A DNA stretch of 64,000 nt from Macrostomum lignano (lineage: Eukaryota). Where the stretch lies: assembly GCA_002269645.1 (NCBI GenBank), contig NIVC01001908.1, positions 158,885-222,884 on the forward strand. The letters run 5' to 3'. The position numbers were made by a program, and so were the translations under genes. Under the pieces are notes generated by a model. It saw nothing but the letters and a program-made list of their open reading frames with translations, searched no databases and was not told the DNA's origin. This document shows positions 59,646 through 64,000 of the stretch, piece by piece (the first letter of the stretch is position 1; every line of letters begins with the position of its first letter).

Positions 59646-60975
59646 TCCGGTCTTGAGGGTCTTAGTGTTATTATTTAAGCTTCTCCGCTCTGTAATTCCT
59701 ACCTCGAAATTTCTCTGTTCCACCGCAGTGTCCCCAATCTCAACCCTCTCTCTGATTACCCATCTACTTGATGTAGAATAATTATTTAGTTATCAGTGTG
59801 CAATTTCAATTCTAGTATATACAGTAAATCGCTGCCTGAAAACAGGCATGCACTCTGATTTTAATTGAGGGCAACTCGCTCGAACCCGCACCCTGCTTAC
59901 TGTTGAGGGGCCAGCTAAAGAAAATTTTGTCGAACCGTTTTTGCAGAGATATTAGCCGACAAGATTTAATCAGACTTTACAACTCCCCCCCCGAAAGCCC
60001 GAAAGATATCAGCTTATAGGCTTATAGGTAACTGAACTTAATCAGGTGAACTGGAGCAGTCAGCCGCAGCATTTCTCAGTCTTTTAAGCACAAGTCTATA
60101 AGCGGTTCTGTCCGAGAATGGCCGGGAACCGGGAACTTAGGTCCTGCACTGCCCCCAGCCAGTTCCGCTATTATTATTCGGCCAAGCTCGAGTTCACTTG
60201 AAATTCTCTTAGATGGAAGCCGAGTACACTGCTCTGGTTTCTCCTTCCCCGAGCGACTCGGAAGTCAATGAGGGAGTGCTCCCGTTGAATGGGACCCTCA
60301 CGTCCCAGAGTGAACCGTCAAGGTGAGTCCAACCCCCACCTGTCCTTACCGATCAAATTCCTCAACAAATATGTTTCTCCAACCCAGCCTGGTAACAAAA
60401 TTCTAATGGATGCTGCAGCCATTGCGATCAGGTTTCGGCCGGCTTGCACTGGCAATCGATTCGATATGATCGAACTTCCAGCATCAGGCCAGCGGCCGGG
60501 AATCTCATAAATAGATGCAAACCGAACAGAAATAAGGGGGGGGGCACAGACATATGCCGAATTCGAAAAGAACTTCTACAATTATTCGGCAAAGCTTTGA
60601 CTTTCTCCCGCACTCACCCTGCCGCATATTTCTGGCTTTGATTTCAGCCGCCTGCTGGTTAGAGTCCTGAGCGGAGAAATGGGGAGGAGAGGAGAAGGTG
60701 GGGCTCTCGGCCTGCTAGTCAACTTCGGTATCAACTCTGCCGAGTGCTCAGCTTGGCTGCAAATTCTATTACTGCTCGGCCAGCCCGGCCACCCAGCGGC
60801 CGGCGGCTTGAGCAGCAGGGCCGCCCTTGCCTGTTTGTCTCTGGGAGTCCGCGGGAGCTCCTGGGACTTCGTCTACCCTGCGGCTGGCTCTGGCTGAGCC
60901 TATCTGCTCATTCCCGGTGCGTTTCTTTGCTGTGCTAATTTCTGCGTCTCGGAGTACCCTGCGCAGTGTACTGTG

Positions 60976-61779
<804 letters not shown>

Positions 61780-62169
61780 TCTTCACATATAAAGAATGCC
61801 GAACCTGGAAAAAGACTTCTGGGCCCTCGGGCTGTGCGGTGGTCGATGTCACGGTAATACGGGCTCTCATCCATTCAATACATTCGCGCAAAATTAATTA
61901 GAGATTTTCGAAATCCTTTTCTGTCTGTTTTATACTATTTCAGGCTGCTTTCATGCTGTCTGTAAGGACGCAGGTGATGGTGAACTTGAAGGCTCCAATC
62001 CGATGTAGCTTGAGTGTCAACTCCGAGAAATGAGCTGAAAAGCATTGGTGTCATCTGTGTTTGAAATTTTTGAGTAGTATATATACTGGGTACTAATAAG
62101 ATTTCGATAAAAATCACAGTAAGGTATCGCTGCCAGGAAGAGAGGGGAATCAGAGGGCGGGCGATAAGG

Positions 62170-62657
62170 GTGGGGAATGAGATTGAAGGGAATGAGAGGG
62201 AGGGGAATGAGAGGGAGGGGAATGAGAGGAAGGGGAATGAGAGGGAGGGGAATGAGATTGAGGGGAATGAGAGGAAGGGGAATGAGAGGGAGGGGAATGA
62301 GAGGAAGGGGAATGAGAGGGAGGGAATGAGATTGAGGGGAATGAGAGGAAGGGGAATGAGAGGGAGGGGAATGAGAGGGAGGGGAATGGGAGGGAGGGGA
62401 ATGAGAGGGAGGGGAATGGGAGGGAGGGGAATGAGAGGAAGGGGAATGAGAGGGAGGGGAATGAGAGGGAGGGGAATGAGAGGGAGGGGAATGGGAGGAG
62501 GGAATGAGAGGAAGGGGAATGAGAGGGAGGGGAATGAGAAGGAAGGGGAATGAGAGGAAGGGGAATGAGAGGAAGGGGAATGAGAGGAAGGGAATGAGAG
62601 GAAGGGGAATGAGAGGAAGGGAATGAGAGGGAGGGGAATGAGAAGGAGGGGAATGAG
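62170..62657. repeat. Purine-rich minisatellite (15-16-bp unit GGGAATGAGAGGAAG)
   Basis: Direct inspection. Confidence 0.92.
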
Positions 62658-63008
62658 ACCTGGAGGAGGTTACTAAGGGATATCCCACGATAACTCTCGA
62701 AGGTTAAATGCAAAGTATTTCTGTTATATTTGCAAAAGTCAATTAGCGCAATTGAAAATGATTGACATGGCAGTTAAAGCAGTCTGTAAACCAAAACGGA
62801 AGTTTATGCTTCACAATCTTTAAACAACTCGGGAGTGGCTGCTGTTTTCATTACTGACGAGTCTAGTTACAGAGGCAAGAAAATCAAATTCAGAAAAAAA
62901 AGCGAATATGAAATCCTATTACCAGGAAACCTGCTCTCCATGTTAGGAGTTGGTTAATTAAATGAATTTGAAAAACAGAACAGCGAAAAATTGGTTGCGG
63001 TCACCCAC

Positions 63009-63184
63009 CTGAGACAGTCGCTGAAGTCCTCTGTAGCGGTGTACTTGCTTCACCGTCCCCATCGAATCCCGAATCCCTGCAGTCGGGGGAGTCGAGCCGT
63101 TTTGTCCTCCAGGTTGCCAGGGCGCCCGGCTTTGGCTGTATTGGCCGGTCCCCGGGTGCCCGCTGGGCCAATGAGGGGCCGCAG
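63009..63184 (-). CDS. Possible isolated internal exon of an unidentified gene
   Basis: GC-rich 176-bp island bounded by a pyrimidine tract plus ctgcag| and by CAG|GTGGGT. Two frames are open. No partner exons were identified. Confidence 0.28.
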
Positions 63185-63589
63185 CTGCAGGATGGGGGGG
63201 AATTGAGGAAGAGCTTCTACGATTGGAAGTACTTAGAAACACCTTATATCCCTGCATCTGTTCAATTAATTTTGATGAAAAATTACACAAACATGGGCCT
63301 ATACGTAATGAATTTAGTGCTACGGTTGACAGAACAAAAGCAATTTATAACTTATTGTAACTTTCTATCAAAATTTTTCATCATAAGAAATTTTTAGACA
63401 CACGAAGGTATTATCTGACACTAAAATGCCGTGACTTATCCTCATGCTGGTGTCTAAGAACATTTTGCACTAAGACATGTGCTTAGTAATATTTGGTCCT
63501 CAATAATCTTATAGCTCGTACTCAATGTATAGTGACAACTTACCATTGTCATATATGACTTCCTCTGTTTTTTTGCTAAACAAACCGAG

Positions 63590-64000
63590 CAGAGATCAAC
63601 GGTGTCGAACTTCTTAGCATTTTTTCGTTCGGCGAAAGGGAACTTACATTTGGAATCGGATATGCGTCTGATTTAATCTGCGCATTAAGGTGAGCACTGT
63701 AGTCGGAGCAAATCCGTAGTGACCCGTCTTTCTTTTTAATCCAAACAACAAGTGAGGCTTTACTCACCGGACTGACAACGAGTTCGATTACTCCCAAGGC
63801 TTGCAACCGACCCAGCTCAGCGTTCACGGCGGCTTTCAGTGCTATGGGCACAGGGCACGCACGAAAAACTTGGAGTAGAGTCACAGCCCTGTAAGTAGAT
63901 AGAGGGTCCGCAGTTAGGTTGGTGTTGGCCGTAACACTGAAACTCGGTCGGCGTCTATGAGATTGCGACCCAGCTGTCCAAAAGCGCTTGTCCAAAAGTA
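63590..64000 (-). mobile_element. Degraded Ty3/Gypsy LTR retrotransposon pol fragment (start of RT domain), continuing beyond the window
   Basis: PVPIALKAAVNAELGRLQALGVIE...VWIKKKDGSLRICSDY..LNAQIKSDAYPIP, then after a frameshift FAERKNAKKFDTVDL (F.K.DL motif). Confidence 0.85.

Noticed and set aside
60610-60940. GC-rich island with a minus-strand GTGAGT donor as a possible exon
   Set aside because: No frame stays open between a credible acceptor and the donor.

Overview
Eukaryotic genomic DNA from an invertebrate metazoan: spliceosomal GT-AG introns, innexins, a DEG/ENaC channel and dense mini/microsatellites. The overall style suggests a free-living flatworm such as Macrostomum, but that is inference only. 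Gene models were reconstructed by hand from splice sites and phase agreement: (1) the last two exons of an unidentified gene ending in a PDZ-type motif; (2) a large secreted or type-I transmembrane mucin-like glycoprotein with two internal repeat arrays, whose TM segment is reached only through an 85-nt intron; (3) a 2-exon myosuppressin/sex-peptide-receptor-like (srw-type) neuropeptide GPCR; (4) a 4-exon DEG/ENaC channel with atypical pre-M1 and pore residues; (5) two head-to-head innexins, one spliced and one with an intronless CDS, each carrying an N-glycosylation sequon in extracellular loop 2. Between the genes lie about 20 tandem arrays, a deleted mariner, a degraded Harbinger, RTE and Gypsy fragments, several MITEs, CORE-like SINEs, and a tRNA-derived SINE family whose central hairpin shows a compensatory base change. 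There is no CRISPR array, rRNA or bona fide tRNA gene. Most long ORFs in the ORF track are artefacts of simple repeats.
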